The notes under the pieces were generated by a model. The model was not told where the DNA came from. It saw only the letters and a list, made by a program, of their open reading frames with translations, and did no database searches. Source: Actinomycetales bacterium (GTDB lineage: Bacteria; Actinomycetota; Actinomycetes; JAJZTN01). From it: a stretch of 63,847 nucleotides of DNA. Shown in pieces: positions 29,777 through 39,516 of this stretch; position 1 is the stretch's first letter, and each line of letters starts with the position of its first letter. Location of the stretch: the NCBI GenBank assembly GCA_051960855.1, contig JBQCDV010000155.1, positions 1 through 63,847 on the forward strand, in the 5' to 3' direction. A program made the position numbers and the translations under genes.

Positions 29777-30445
29777 GTGCTCCTCGCACAGCTTCGCGCC
29801 GACGTCGCCAACGCCGGGCGCGCACTCGTCACCGCCGGACTTGTGCGAGGCACGTCGGGAAACGTCTCCGCCCGCGACTCCGACAGCGGCCTCATCGCCG
29901 TGACGCCCACCGGTGCCCCCTACGAATCGCTCGCGCCAGAGGACATCGTGGTCACGGATCTCGAGGGCGCCGTCGTGGAGGGGGTCTGGGAGCCGACCTC
30001 CGAGCTCGGGCTGCACGCGGCTGTCTACCGCGCGCGCCCGGAGGTCGGGGCCGTCGTGCACACACACTCGCCCTACGCAACGACGTTCGCCGTCCTGGGT
30101 GAGGCCCTGCCGCCTGTCCACTACATCCTCGCGAAAGCCGGGACGACCGTGGAGGTGGCGCCCTACGCGCGCTACGGCACCGCGGAGCTCGCGTCCAACT
30201 GCGTGACCACGATGGGTGCGAGCAACGGCGTCCTGCTCGCGAACCACGGGGTCGTGGCCGTCGGCGCCCGACTCTCGGCCGCGATGGCGGTGGCAGAGGC
30301 GATCGAGACGACCGCCGAGCTCGCCTGGCGTGCCCGCGTGATCGGCACGCCGCAGGTCCTCAACGAGGAGCAGATGGAGGCCGTTGCCAGGGACTTCGCC
30401 TCCTATGGTCAATCCAAGCGTCGAGCCACGGAGCAGTCATGTTGA
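29777..30445 (+). CDS. Class II aldolase, FucA/DrdA/Ald2-like
   Basis: GTSGNVS.R, TPTG, PTSE..LH, VVHTHS, LLANHG (Zn His triad plus catalytic Glu). Confidence 0.9.
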   Translation: MLLAQLRADVANAGRALVTAGLVRGTSGNVSARDSDSGLIAVTPTGAPYESLAPEDIVVTDLEGAVVEGVWEPTSELGLHAAVYRARPEVGAVVHTHSPYATTFAVLGEALPPVHYILAKAGTTVEVAPYARYGTAELASNCVTTMGASNGVLLANHGVVAVGARLSAAMAVAEAIETTAELAWRARVIGTPQVLNEEQMEAVARDFASYGQSKRRATEQSC

Positions 30446-30864
30446 AGGGAATCGACCCACTCGTCACGCCCGAGCTGCTCCACGGCCTGGCGGCCATGGG
30501 ACACGGTGACGTCCTCGCACTGGTCGACCGAAACTACCCGTCGGCGTCCAGTGACCGACCGGTCATCCGACTGGCGGGTGCGGACCTGATGGGCGCGGCA
30601 GCTGCGATCTCGAGCCTGCTGCCGATCGACACCTTCGTCGACCGCCCCGTCGCCGTCATGCAACCGGTCGACGGTTCCCCCGAGCTGCCGGCCGTGCAGC
30701 GCGATGTCCTCGAGATCCTCGAGGAGGCCGAGGGTCGGCCACTGGGAGTGGAACAGGTGGAGCGGCTGTCGTTCTACGAGCGCGTCCGCCACGCACGCTT
30801 CGTCGTGGAGACGTCGGAGAGCCGACCCTACGGCTGCCTGCTCATCACTAAGGGCGTCATCTGA
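30439..30864 (+). CDS. RbsD/FucU family mutarotase
   Basis: MLKGI.PL..PELL..LA.MGHGD...L.D.NYP, FYER, TSE.RPYGC. Confidence 0.9.
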   Translation: MLKGIDPLVTPELLHGLAAMGHGDVLALVDRNYPSASSDRPVIRLAGADLMGAAAAISSLLPIDTFVDRPVAVMQPVDGSPELPAVQRDVLEILEEAEGRPLGVEQVERLSFYERVRHARFVVETSESRPYGCLLITKGVI

Positions 30865-30884
30865 GGCTGCGCCGGTGGGAGCCC

Positions 30885-31904
30885 TCAGGCCCGAGGCGCC
30901 CGCCGGTAGTAGCGCTGCGCAATGACCAGCAGCACGGCGGCCGCGCACAGCAGGCCGAGCGGGACGCCCACGGTGCCTCCCGCGACGCCGGTGATGAGGA
31001 CCGGCAGCGCGATCAGCAGCCCGATGGCACCGACGGCGAGGAGCTCCGTGCGACCGAAGGCCGCGCCGGCGACGATGAGCGCGGCGGCCACCAGGTTGGC
31101 GAACAGCTGGCCGGCGACCCCGGTCTCGATGCACAGCAGCAGCGCGCCCACGAGCGCGAAGACGGCCCCGAGCGCGGTGCCGACCTCCGTGGACGGGATG
31201 GGAGTCCAGCCGATCGTCAGCCAGATCGCGCCCAGTCCCACGAAGGCCACCCCGCAGCTGGTTGCGTCGAACTGACGCGTTAGCTGCACGAATCCCAGGG
31301 TGGTGAAGGCGGTCGCCATCACGAGTGCAGTCAGCTGCAGCGGGTGCCGATGCAGCCACCACATCGCGAAGCCGGTCCCCGTCGCGACCAGCCCTGCTGT
31401 CAGGAGGGCCCCGTCGCTGCCGATGCCGGACACTGCTTCGGCGAGCTTGCCCCCAAGGCCCGTGATGGCGACGAGCCCACCGAGCCACAGCACGCTGCCC
31501 ATCGTGCTGGCACTGCGATCAGCCAGCCGGAGCAGCCATAACCCCGCCCCCACCAGCAGCGCCGAGACGCCGGCGAGGAGCAGCAGCTGCCCGACGGTGC
31601 CGAGCGACTCCCACAGCGGGCCGATGACCAGCAGCGCGGCGACGGTGGCGAGGATCCCGCCGAGGTAGGCGAGCACCTCTGCCACGACGGGAATGCGCCG
31701 CTGCGAGACGACGGCCACGGGCGGGCTTACGAACGGCGCAGCGGCGGGCTCGGCGGTCGCCGTCGGCTGTCCGGGGTAGGCGGCGTTGCCGTGCTCGAAG
31801 TGCCAGATGGCCTCGGCCTGCTCGGCCGTGACCAGGCCGCGTCGCACCCACGTGGCCAGCCGCTGGTCGAGCCCCCGAGTCGGGTTGCCGTCCTCGCTCT
31901 GCAT
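30885..31904 (-). CDS. DUF2157-type multi-pass membrane protein
   Basis: LATWVRRGLVTAEQAEAI N-terminus followed by about 9 TM helices. Confidence 0.72.
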   Translation of the reverse strand: MQSEDGNPTRGLDQRLATWVRRGLVTAEQAEAIWHFEHGNAAYPGQPTATAEPAAAPFVSPPVAVVSQRRIPVVAEVLAYLGGILATVAALLVIGPLWESLGTVGQLLLLAGVSALLVGAGLWLLRLADRSASTMGSVLWLGGLVAITGLGGKLAEAVSGIGSDGALLTAGLVATGTGFAMWWLHRHPLQLTALVMATAFTTLGFVQLTRQFDATSCGVAFVGLGAIWLTIGWTPIPSTEVGTALGAVFALVGALLLCIETGVAGQLFANLVAAALIVAGAAFGRTELLAVGAIGLLIALPVLITGVAGGTVGVPLGLLCAAAVLLVIAQRYYRRAPRA

Positions 31905-31963
31905 GGCGCCACTCTGCCCTGGCAGTGATCACCAGGAGTGGACTTCCCGAATCCGGAGCGTGT

Positions 31964-32692
31964 CTACAACGCCAGCAGGCCCTTGACGACGGTCAGCGTC
32001 GCTCCGACGACGGCAACGACCGTGGTGGCGAGGCGGGCGCGGTCGGAGGGGACGCGGTCGTGCAGCCACTGCCCGACGAGCGTCCCGACAGCGAGAGCCA
32101 CCAGCGCGACCACGAGCACGCTGCCGGGGACGTGCGGCAGGCCCCCTTTGGCAATCAGGCTGGCGGCGTTGAGGACGCCGAAGAAGATCTGCATCGTCGC
32201 CACGAAGCGGCGGTGTTCCCACTCAGAGGACAGGGCGTAGAGAGCGACTGCGGGACCGGCGATGCCGGCGGTGACGTTGAGGAAGCCGGCTGCGGCACCG
32301 GCGGCCACGGCACCGACGGTTCCCCGCACGACACGCGCGCGCCGGACGAACGTCACCACCAGCAGGGCCAGCACCACGATCGTCCCGACGAAGACCGACA
32401 GCACGGGCGCAGGCAGGTGGCGGGCGACCCACGCCCCCGGCACCAAGGCAAGTAGGGCCGGCACGCCCAGCAGCGCTGCTCGCCGCCACTCGGTCTCCCG
32501 CCAGGTCTGCAACGCGACAACGGCATTGACGACGAGGTTGAGCAGGTTGGCGAGCAGCACGCCCTCGAACGGCCCCAGCAGCAGCACGAGGAACGGTGAG
32601 GAGACCAGGGCGAAGCCCATGCCGGTGACACGCTGCGCGCCGCCCCCGGCGAGGACGGCGCCTGCGACCACCGCGAGCGCGGCGACGGGCAC
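31964..32692 (-). CDS. TauE/SafE family sulfonate/sulfite exporter
   Basis: QRVTGMGFALV and AGIAGP repeats; about 8 TM helices; last gene of the SQ operon. Confidence 0.88.
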   Translation of the reverse strand: MPVAALAVVAGAVLAGGGAQRVTGMGFALVSSPFLVLLLGPFEGVLLANLLNLVVNAVVALQTWRETEWRRAALLGVPALLALVPGAWVARHLPAPVLSVFVGTIVVLALLVVTFVRRARVVRGTVGAVAAGAAAGFLNVTAGIAGPAVALYALSSEWEHRRFVATMQIFFGVLNAASLIAKGGLPHVPGSVLVVALVALAVGTLVGQWLHDRVPSDRARLATTVVAVVGATLTVVKGLLAL

Positions 32693-32698
32693 GGCCGG

Positions 32699-34174
32699 TC
32701 AGACCCCCAGGGCCAGGTGGCGGACGTCGGTGAACTCCTCCAGGCCGAGGCTCGCGCCCTCCCGGCCGAGTCCGGACTGCTTCACGCCCCCCATCGGTGC
32801 GAAGGCGACCGAGGGCAATGCGTCATTGACGCCGACGATGCCCACCTCCAGTCGCTCAGCGAACCGCCACGCGCGCCCGACATCCCGCGACCACACGTAG
32901 CCGGCGAGGCCCATCTCGGTCGCGTTTGCACGGCGCAGCGCCTCGTCCTCGTCCTGGATGCGGAAGACACCGGCGACGGGCCCGAACACCTCCGCGCACG
33001 CCAGCGGGGTTCCATCCGGGACGTCGGCGAGCAGCGCGGGAGCGACCCAGGAGCCCTTGTCCGGCAACGACCTGCGCTGCGTCAGGAGTCGCGCGCCCCC
33101 CTGCAGCGCATGCTCGACGACAGCGTTCACGGCGTCGACCCGCTTATCGTCGATGACCGGTCCGAGGTCGGGGACAGGGTCGGCCAGCCCGTTGCCGATG
33201 AACATGGCATCCACTCGCGCGACCAGCTTGCCGACGAACTCGTCGTAGACGGCCTCATGGACCACCAACCGGTTGGCGGCGATGCAGGACTGACCGGTGT
33301 TGCGGAACTTCGCGATGAGTGCGCCTTCGACAGCCGCGTCGATATCGGCATCATCGAGGACGACAAAGGCAGCGTCCCCGCCGAGCTCCAGCAGCGGACG
33401 GACGATGCGCGGAGCGGACTGCTGCAGGATGAGACGACCGACCTCCGTGGAGCCGGTGAAGGTGACCACGCGAACGGCCGGGTTTCCGAGCAGCGCCGCG
33501 GTCAGCTCCGGAGCTGGGCCGTGCACGAGGTTCACCACGCCGTCGGGGACACCGGCGTCGACCAGGCACCGAACCAGCTCGGTGACAGCCAAGGGCGCCT
33601 TCTCCGACACCCGAGCGACAACCGTGCAGCCGGCAGCGAGCGCGGGAGCGAGCTTGCGGGCCTGGATGGAGCACGGGAAGTTCCAGGGGGTCAGGCTCGC
33701 GACCACTCCGGCAGGCCGCCGCAGCGTCAGGTGCCGCTTGCCCGGGGTCTCGTGCGCAAGGACCTCCCCCACCGGCCGCCGCGCCTGCTCGGCGAACCAT
33801 CGGAAGTACTCCGCTGAGAACGCCACCTCCCCCTGCGCCTCCGGCAGCCGCTTCCCAGCCTCGCGCGCCAGCAGGTGAGCGATCGAGCCGGAGCGCTCCG
33901 CGATGAGGTCGGCTGCGGCAAGCAGGATGTCCGCCCGCTTGCGGGCGGGCAGGGCTCCCCACGGTGTCAGCGCGCGGGCGGCGGCGTCAGCGGCCCGAAC
34001 GGCGTCCGCGTCGCTACCCCACGCCGAACGCCCCACGAGCGAGCCGTCGGCGGGGTCGATGACGTCGAAGGCCTCGTCCCCGTCCCGCCAGTGGCCATCG
34101 ATAAGCATCGGCGCGTAGCCGATCGGGGCGGCTCCGTCTGCGCCGGGTGTCGGAATGGTGGTCGCGCTGGTCAC
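32699..34174 (-). CDS. NAD(P)-dependent aldehyde dehydrogenase (GabD/SlaB-like; probable sulfolactaldehyde dehydrogenase)
   Basis: TPWNFP, FTGSTEVG, LELGG (Glu), GQSCIA (Cys), EVFGPV, PMGGVKQSGLGREG; substrate inferred from context. Confidence 0.88.
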   Translation of the reverse strand: MTSATTIPTPGADGAAPIGYAPMLIDGHWRDGDEAFDVIDPADGSLVGRSAWGSDADAVRAADAAARALTPWGALPARKRADILLAAADLIAERSGSIAHLLAREAGKRLPEAQGEVAFSAEYFRWFAEQARRPVGEVLAHETPGKRHLTLRRPAGVVASLTPWNFPCSIQARKLAPALAAGCTVVARVSEKAPLAVTELVRCLVDAGVPDGVVNLVHGPAPELTAALLGNPAVRVVTFTGSTEVGRLILQQSAPRIVRPLLELGGDAAFVVLDDADIDAAVEGALIAKFRNTGQSCIAANRLVVHEAVYDEFVGKLVARVDAMFIGNGLADPVPDLGPVIDDKRVDAVNAVVEHALQGGARLLTQRRSLPDKGSWVAPALLADVPDGTPLACAEVFGPVAGVFRIQDEDEALRRANATEMGLAGYVWSRDVGRAWRFAERLEVGIVGVNDALPSVAFAPMGGVKQSGLGREGASLGLEEFTDVRHLALGV

Positions 34175-34214
34175 GATCTGCTCCTTGGGGAATTGCACCG
34201 TCAGAGGACAGCGA

Positions 34215-35360
34215 TCACGGAACGAGGATGTCGGGGCGGGTGCGGCCACCGACGACGACTATCGGCCAGGTGCCGTCGTGCACGAGCGGGTCGACGCCGC
34301 GACGCGTGACGAGGCAGGTGTCCTCGACCTTCCAGCCGTCACCGCTGGGGTTCCAGGCCGCGACCGCGTGCTCCGGAACGACGACACCGCTGCCCGGCGT
34401 GGCGAGGCCATCACGGGGCACGAAGCCCGACAAGCCACCCTGATGGTGCCGGTGCCACTCCTGCGGGTCGAAACCGCGGGCCGCGTACGCCGCGGTACCG
34501 GCGGCGAGGATGTCACCGAGGGTCGTACCGGCCCGGGTGGCGTCGAGGAAGGCCGCCTCCACCTGCAGCAGGGCGAAGAAGCGGTCGTACTCCCGCGCCG
34601 GCACCGGCCCGAACGACACGATTCTCGTCACGCTCGCGACCACGCCGTGGCGCCGGGCGCAGGCGACGACCATCGCGCGGCGCCCGAGGCGAGCAGCCGT
34701 CGGCAGCGGGTGACGGTGCGGGCCGATCCGCTCGTCCCCTGCTGCGAAGAGGCAGATGACGTCGCAACCGCGCTCCAGCAGCCCCTCGGCCATCCGCGCG
34801 GCGAGGTCCCACTCGGAGCTGCGCGGACTCACCTGCTGGCAGGCGACGGTGGCGGCAGCCGCAGCGTCAGCACTCACCTCGCGCAGCCGGTCGCGCTGCA
34901 GGGATGTCAACGAGCGGCGGGCGGCGGCGAGCGGGCCCGCGACGTCCACGGCGCCGGGCCACGCTCGGTCAGCGCCAACACGAACCACGGACGCGTCGGG
35001 GAACCCGTCGCTGCGCGCCTCCCACCACGGCACGACCGTCCACTCGACCGGCAGTCCGGCCAGCTCCGTGTCGGCGAGGCGGGGTGCCTCGATCGCGTTC
35101 GCGACGATGCGCAGCGACGGCGCGGTCGAAGCCGTGTCGACGACGACGTCGAAGCACGCAGCGTCGAGCGTCTGCGGCACGTGCCAGCGCGCACCCGTCA
35201 GCCAGCCGATCGTCGCGGGCTCTCGGATCAGCAGGCTGTCGACGTCAGCGGCGCAGGCAATCCCCTGCAGGGCCTCGAGCTTCTCGGGCAGGTCTCCCGC
35301 GCCGGACCGCTCCCCGACGTCGGACCGCAAGCCGGGCTGCGGCGTTCGCAGATCAACCAT
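34215..35360 (-). CDS. M24/creatinase-fold hydrolase, atypical active site
   Basis: WLTG N-domain; RHPLPT, ASVTR, HHQGG, WNPS, KVEDT; overlaps the GH31 stop codon. Confidence 0.82.
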   Translation of the reverse strand: MVDLRTPQPGLRSDVGERSGAGDLPEKLEALQGIACAADVDSLLIREPATIGWLTGARWHVPQTLDAACFDVVVDTASTAPSLRIVANAIEAPRLADTELAGLPVEWTVVPWWEARSDGFPDASVVRVGADRAWPGAVDVAGPLAAARRSLTSLQRDRLREVSADAAAAATVACQQVSPRSSEWDLAARMAEGLLERGCDVICLFAAGDERIGPHRHPLPTAARLGRRAMVVACARRHGVVASVTRIVSFGPVPAREYDRFFALLQVEAAFLDATRAGTTLGDILAAGTAAYAARGFDPQEWHRHHQGGLSGFVPRDGLATPGSGVVVPEHAVAAWNPSGDGWKVEDTCLVTRRGVDPLVHDGTWPIVVVGGRTRPDILVP

Positions 35361-37668
35361 GACGAACGACGCCCGCGATCCGGAGGCCGCCCGGCTGCGG
35401 CCCGTCGACGGTGGCGCTCTCCCCCGTCACAGTGACGCGAACGGGCAGGCCGTCGAAGCCGACGAGGTCGACGGTTGCAGGAGCTTCGCCGTAGGTGTGC
35501 AACTCCCAGGGCGCATCCAGCAGATCGTCGGTGTTGCGCGTCTGGGGTGTCACCGTGACGCGGGGCAGGACGGCACCGTCGCGCACGAGCAGCGGCAGGC
35601 GCTCGAGCGGGACGCTCTCCTGCACCCAGGCTGGTCCCTCGTAGCGCTGGCCCGTGACGAGGTCCGTCCAGCCACCAGGCGGCACGCGGAACCGAACGGG
35701 CGCCTCGCCCACTGAGTCATCGAAGACCGGAGCCACGGCAAGGTCGGAGCCGAGCAGGAACTGGCCGTCAATTCCAGCCGCTGACGGGTCCTCGTCGACC
35801 ATCGACAGCGGCCGCATCACCGGCCAGCCGTGAGCCGCGGACTCGTGGGCAACCTGCCAGAGGTAGGGCAGCAACGAGTAGCGCAGCCGCACCCAGTCCC
35901 GCGCGATGCCGAGGGCGCGGTCACCGAAGGCCCACGGCTCCCGGGGCCGCAGCCCGTGAGCGCGCATCAGCGGCGACAGCGCACCGAGCTGGGTCCACCG
36001 GACGTACAGGGCCGGAGTGAGCTCCGGGCCGAAGAAGCCGCCGATGTCATGGCTCCAGAAGCCCGGAGCCGAGACCGCGTAGGACAGGCCGCCCCGCACG
36101 GTCGCCCGCATGCCGGCGACGCTCGACTCGGCGTCTCCACCCCACTGACCCGGGTACCGCTGCGAGCCGGCCCAGCCGCTGCGGCCCCACACGAGGGGCG
36201 AGCGGCCGGTGAAGTGTGCGATGGCCTCGCTGACCGCAGCGTTGTAGTACAGCGGGTAGAGGTTGTGCGCCTGCTGCGGTGGCGTCCCGTCCGCCAGCGC
36301 AACGTCGTCGGGTAGCGCCTCGCCGAAGTCGGTCTTGAACACGGCGACGCCATCGGCGAGGAACTCCTCGTGCAGGCCCTGCCACCAAGCCTTGGCCTCG
36401 GGGTTGGTGAAGTCGATGAGGGCGCGGGGTCGACCATCGGGGGTCGGCGTCTTGCGGATCGAGGCGATCCCGCCGTCGACGGTCCGGACGAGGTACCCCT
36501 TCGCCTCCGCCTCCGAATAGCGAGGTGACGTCGGGTCGAGGTAGGGCAACTCCCACAGCGAGAGCCGGATCCCGCGCTTCGCAAGCTCATCGAGGAACTG
36601 CTTGCGGTCGCCGAAACGGTCCCTGTTCCAGAGGAAGTCGCAGTTGAGCCGGTCGACGATGAGCCAGTCCGGATCGAGGTGCAGCACGTCGCAGGGCACC
36701 TCGTGCTCGCGCATGCTGTCGGCGACGTCGAGCATCTCGGTGTTGGAGTGGTAGCGGCAGCGGCCCATCCAGTAGCCGAATGCCCACACCGGAGGCACCG
36801 GCGGACGCCCCGTCAGGGCCGTGTAGCCCTCGAGCCGCTCGGCCAAGGTCGGGGCGGCGACGACGTAGAGGTCCAGGACGTCGTCGCCCACCGTGAGACC
36901 AAGGGCCGAAGGCCGGGTGTGGCCGACGTCGGCGGTGACGACCGCACCGGTGTTGAGGAAGCCGGCGTAGCCGCTGCTGGAGTGCCAGACGGGCACCGGC
37001 TTGTAGGCCTGGCCGGTGCCGGTGCCGAGCGCGTCCTCGCTGCGCAGCAGCAGCCGCTGACCGTTCTTGACCAGCCGTGAGAACTGCTCGCCGAAGCCGG
37101 TGATGTCCTCGTCGCTACCCAGCTCGAGATGCAGCGTCGTCCCCTGCTCGTCCAGCAGCACAGGCGGTGCCATCGGCAAGCCGGCCGCCTGCCGCAGCCG
37201 CTGCGCGGTGCGGAGCAGCACCGAGCCGGTCTGCGGGTCCTCGACGGTCACGGTGAAGGGACGGCGACCGATCCGCACGCGCACGCGCGGTGCGGCGACG
37301 ACCACCTCGTCGTCCGACTCCTCAACCGACGGTGCCACAGGCTCCGGCTGGGCATCGACGACGATCCCCGCACCGGTGCCGTCGTCGGCCAGAGCCCGAT
37401 GGCCCCCGGGAGCGAGCACGAGGCGCACTGTCCGGGTGGCCGCCACCGTCACGCGCAGCACCATCGGTGTGGCGTCGGCGGCGGGCAACGACAGGTCGGG
37501 CAGGTTGGGCAGGGTGGTCTCGATGCCCTGCTCGGCCAGCGGCTCTCCCGTCAGCCAGCCGGGCATCAGCCCCACGCGGACAGCCGGCAACGCGACGAGA
37601 GCGAGCTCGACGCCGTTCGGCAGGGTCCGGACGGACTCGACACGACGGACGATGCGCTGGTCGGACAC
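35353..37668 (-). CDS. Glycoside hydrolase family 31 (YicI alpha-xylosidase-like; candidate sulfoquinovosidase)
   Basis: GFGEQF...NGQ, QAYK.VP, PPVWAFG.W, FKTDFGE (nucleophile), WGGD, WSHDIGGF (acid/base), LMRAHG, REPW; GTG after GAAGGGA. Confidence 0.9.
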   Translation of the reverse strand: MSDQRIVRRVESVRTLPNGVELALVALPAVRVGLMPGWLTGEPLAEQGIETTLPNLPDLSLPAADATPMVLRVTVAATRTVRLVLAPGGHRALADDGTGAGIVVDAQPEPVAPSVEESDDEVVVAAPRVRVRIGRRPFTVTVEDPQTGSVLLRTAQRLRQAAGLPMAPPVLLDEQGTTLHLELGSDEDITGFGEQFSRLVKNGQRLLLRSEDALGTGTGQAYKPVPVWHSSSGYAGFLNTGAVVTADVGHTRPSALGLTVGDDVLDLYVVAAPTLAERLEGYTALTGRPPVPPVWAFGYWMGRCRYHSNTEMLDVADSMREHEVPCDVLHLDPDWLIVDRLNCDFLWNRDRFGDRKQFLDELAKRGIRLSLWELPYLDPTSPRYSEAEAKGYLVRTVDGGIASIRKTPTPDGRPRALIDFTNPEAKAWWQGLHEEFLADGVAVFKTDFGEALPDDVALADGTPPQQAHNLYPLYYNAAVSEAIAHFTGRSPLVWGRSGWAGSQRYPGQWGGDAESSVAGMRATVRGGLSYAVSAPGFWSHDIGGFFGPELTPALYVRWTQLGALSPLMRAHGLRPREPWAFGDRALGIARDWVRLRYSLLPYLWQVAHESAAHGWPVMRPLSMVDEDPSAAGIDGQFLLGSDLAVAPVFDDSVGEAPVRFRVPPGGWTDLVTGQRYEGPAWVQESVPLERLPLLVRDGAVLPRVTVTPQTRNTDDLLDAPWELHTYGEAPATVDLVGFDGLPVRVTVTGESATVDGPQPGGLRIAGVVRHG

Positions 37669-37670
37669 TG

Positions 37671-38486
37671 CTATCCCTTCACGGAGCCGGCGGTCAGGCC
37701 GGCGACGAAGTAGCGCTGCAGGAAGACGTAGGCGACGACGACGGGCGCAGAGGCGACGATGACGCCGGTGAACAGCAGCGGGTAGTTGGTGAGGAACTCG
37801 CCCTGGAAGTCCAGCAGAGCCAGGGGAAGCGTCTTCTTGCTCGGGTCGTGGATGAACAGCAGCGGGTACAGCAGGTCGTTCCACTGGATGACGAACAGGA
37901 AGATCGCGGTCGCGGCCAGCGACGGCAGGGCCACCGGGATGATGATCGAGCGGAAGGTCTGCCAAGGATTCGCGCCGTCGATGGAACTGGCCTCGTAGAG
38001 CTCACCCGGCAGGGTGCGCATGAAGCCGGTGAGGATGAACACCGCGACGGGCAGGGCCACGACGATCTCGATGAGGATGAGACCGACCAAGCTGTCGAGC
38101 AGGTGCAGCCGCTGGAAGAGGACGTACTGCGGAATCATGTTCGCCTGCGCCGGCACGGCCATCCCGATGACGAGGAAGCCGAAGATCAGCCAGCCGCGCC
38201 AGCCGGGAATGCGGGCGATGCCGTAGGAGGCGAAGCTGCCGATCGCAAGCGTCAGGACGACGGCGCAGCCGGTGACGATGACGCTGTTGAGGAAGGCTCG
38301 GCCCATGTCCGCATCGCCGAGGACGGTGCCGTAGTTGTGCGGAGACAGCGAGCTCGGCAAGCCGAAGGGGCTGGCGAACAACTGCTTCGTCGTCTTGAAC
38401 GATCCCGTCAATACGACGATAAGCGGGATGGCGACGAGCAGTGCGTAGATGGCGAGGATGACTCGTCGCCCGAGGTTGTGGGTCAT
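37671..38486 (-). CDS. Carbohydrate ABC permease (CUT1)
   Basis: ELYEASSIDGA EAA loop, IQWNDLLYP; 6 TM helices. Confidence 0.93.
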   Translation of the reverse strand: MTHNLGRRVILAIYALLVAIPLIVVLTGSFKTTKQLFASPFGLPSSLSPHNYGTVLGDADMGRAFLNSVIVTGCAVVLTLAIGSFASYGIARIPGWRGWLIFGFLVIGMAVPAQANMIPQYVLFQRLHLLDSLVGLILIEIVVALPVAVFILTGFMRTLPGELYEASSIDGANPWQTFRSIIIPVALPSLAATAIFLFVIQWNDLLYPLLFIHDPSKKTLPLALLDFQGEFLTNYPLLFTGVIVASAPVVVAYVFLQRYFVAGLTAGSVKG

Positions 38487-38505
38487 GGGGGTCAGTCCTT
38501 CCTCG

Positions 38506-39507
38506 TCAGGTGGACGGCTGCGTCAGCCGCACCGCACGCCGCTGCACGAAGCTGACGACGGCGATGATGAGCATGAACACGATCGACTCGGCGGCGGCGT
38601 AGCCGAACTGCGAGTTGGTGAACGTCGTGTAGATGCGCGTGGACAGGATGTCCATCGAGTTCTTCGGCGGGTTGCCACCGAGACCGAGGATGAGGTCGAA
38701 GGCCTTGAACGACTGGACGGTCGTGTAGGCAATGACGATCGCGGTCGCCGGTGCCACCATCGGCCAGGTGACGTAGCGGAAGCGCTGCCAGCGGCCGGCC
38801 CCGTCGAGGTCGGCCGACTCGTAGAGCTCGGCCGGGATCTGCTGCAGCCCCGCGATGAAGATGACCATCAGCTGGCCCGTGTGCGCCCACACCTGGCACA
38901 GCGCCACCCAGTAGATCGCCTGCCGCGGATTCCCGAGGAAGGCGCTCTGCATCCCGTCGAGCCCGACAGCTCCGAGGGTCTGGTTAATCAGCCCGAAGTT
39001 CGGGTCGTACATGAACTTCCAGACAAAGGCCACCGACACCGACGACAAGATCGTGGGCAGGAAGTAGAGCGACCGCAGCGCCGTGGACGACCGGGAGTTG
39101 CGCTGCAGCAGGAGCGCGAGCAGCAGAGACAGGCCGGTCTGCAGGATCACCACGACCAGCAGGAACTTCACGTTGTTGAACACCGCGTTGCGGAACAGGT
39201 CATCGTTGGTCGCGATGTTGGTGAAGTTGCCGAGCCCCACGGACTTGAAGGCGGCACTGAAGCCGTCCCAGTTGGTCACCGAGTACTCGAAGGCCTGCAG
39301 GGTCGGCAGCGCGAAGAACACGACGTACAGCGCGACGGCCGGCAACGGGAAGAGCCACATCGCTGGGTGGACCCGGGTGGGCCCCCGGCCCCGGAAGCGC
39401 ACACCACCACGGGGACGCGGAGTCTCCGGGTAGGTGGCCGCCGGGGCGGGGACGCCGCCCTTGGGATCAGGAGCTGAGGTCGCCCTCTTCGGCACGGAAA
39501 CTGGCAT
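38506..39507 (-). CDS. Carbohydrate ABC permease (CUT1)
   Basis: AGLQQIPAELYESADLDGA EAA loop, FKAFD. Confidence 0.93.
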   Translation of the reverse strand: MPVSVPKRATSAPDPKGGVPAPAATYPETPRPRGGVRFRGRGPTRVHPAMWLFPLPAVALYVVFFALPTLQAFEYSVTNWDGFSAAFKSVGLGNFTNIATNDDLFRNAVFNNVKFLLVVVILQTGLSLLLALLLQRNSRSSTALRSLYFLPTILSSVSVAFVWKFMYDPNFGLINQTLGAVGLDGMQSAFLGNPRQAIYWVALCQVWAHTGQLMVIFIAGLQQIPAELYESADLDGAGRWQRFRYVTWPMVAPATAIVIAYTTVQSFKAFDLILGLGGNPPKNSMDILSTRIYTTFTNSQFGYAAAESIVFMLIIAVVSFVQRRAVRLTQPST

Positions 39508-39516
39508 GAGGAGCCC

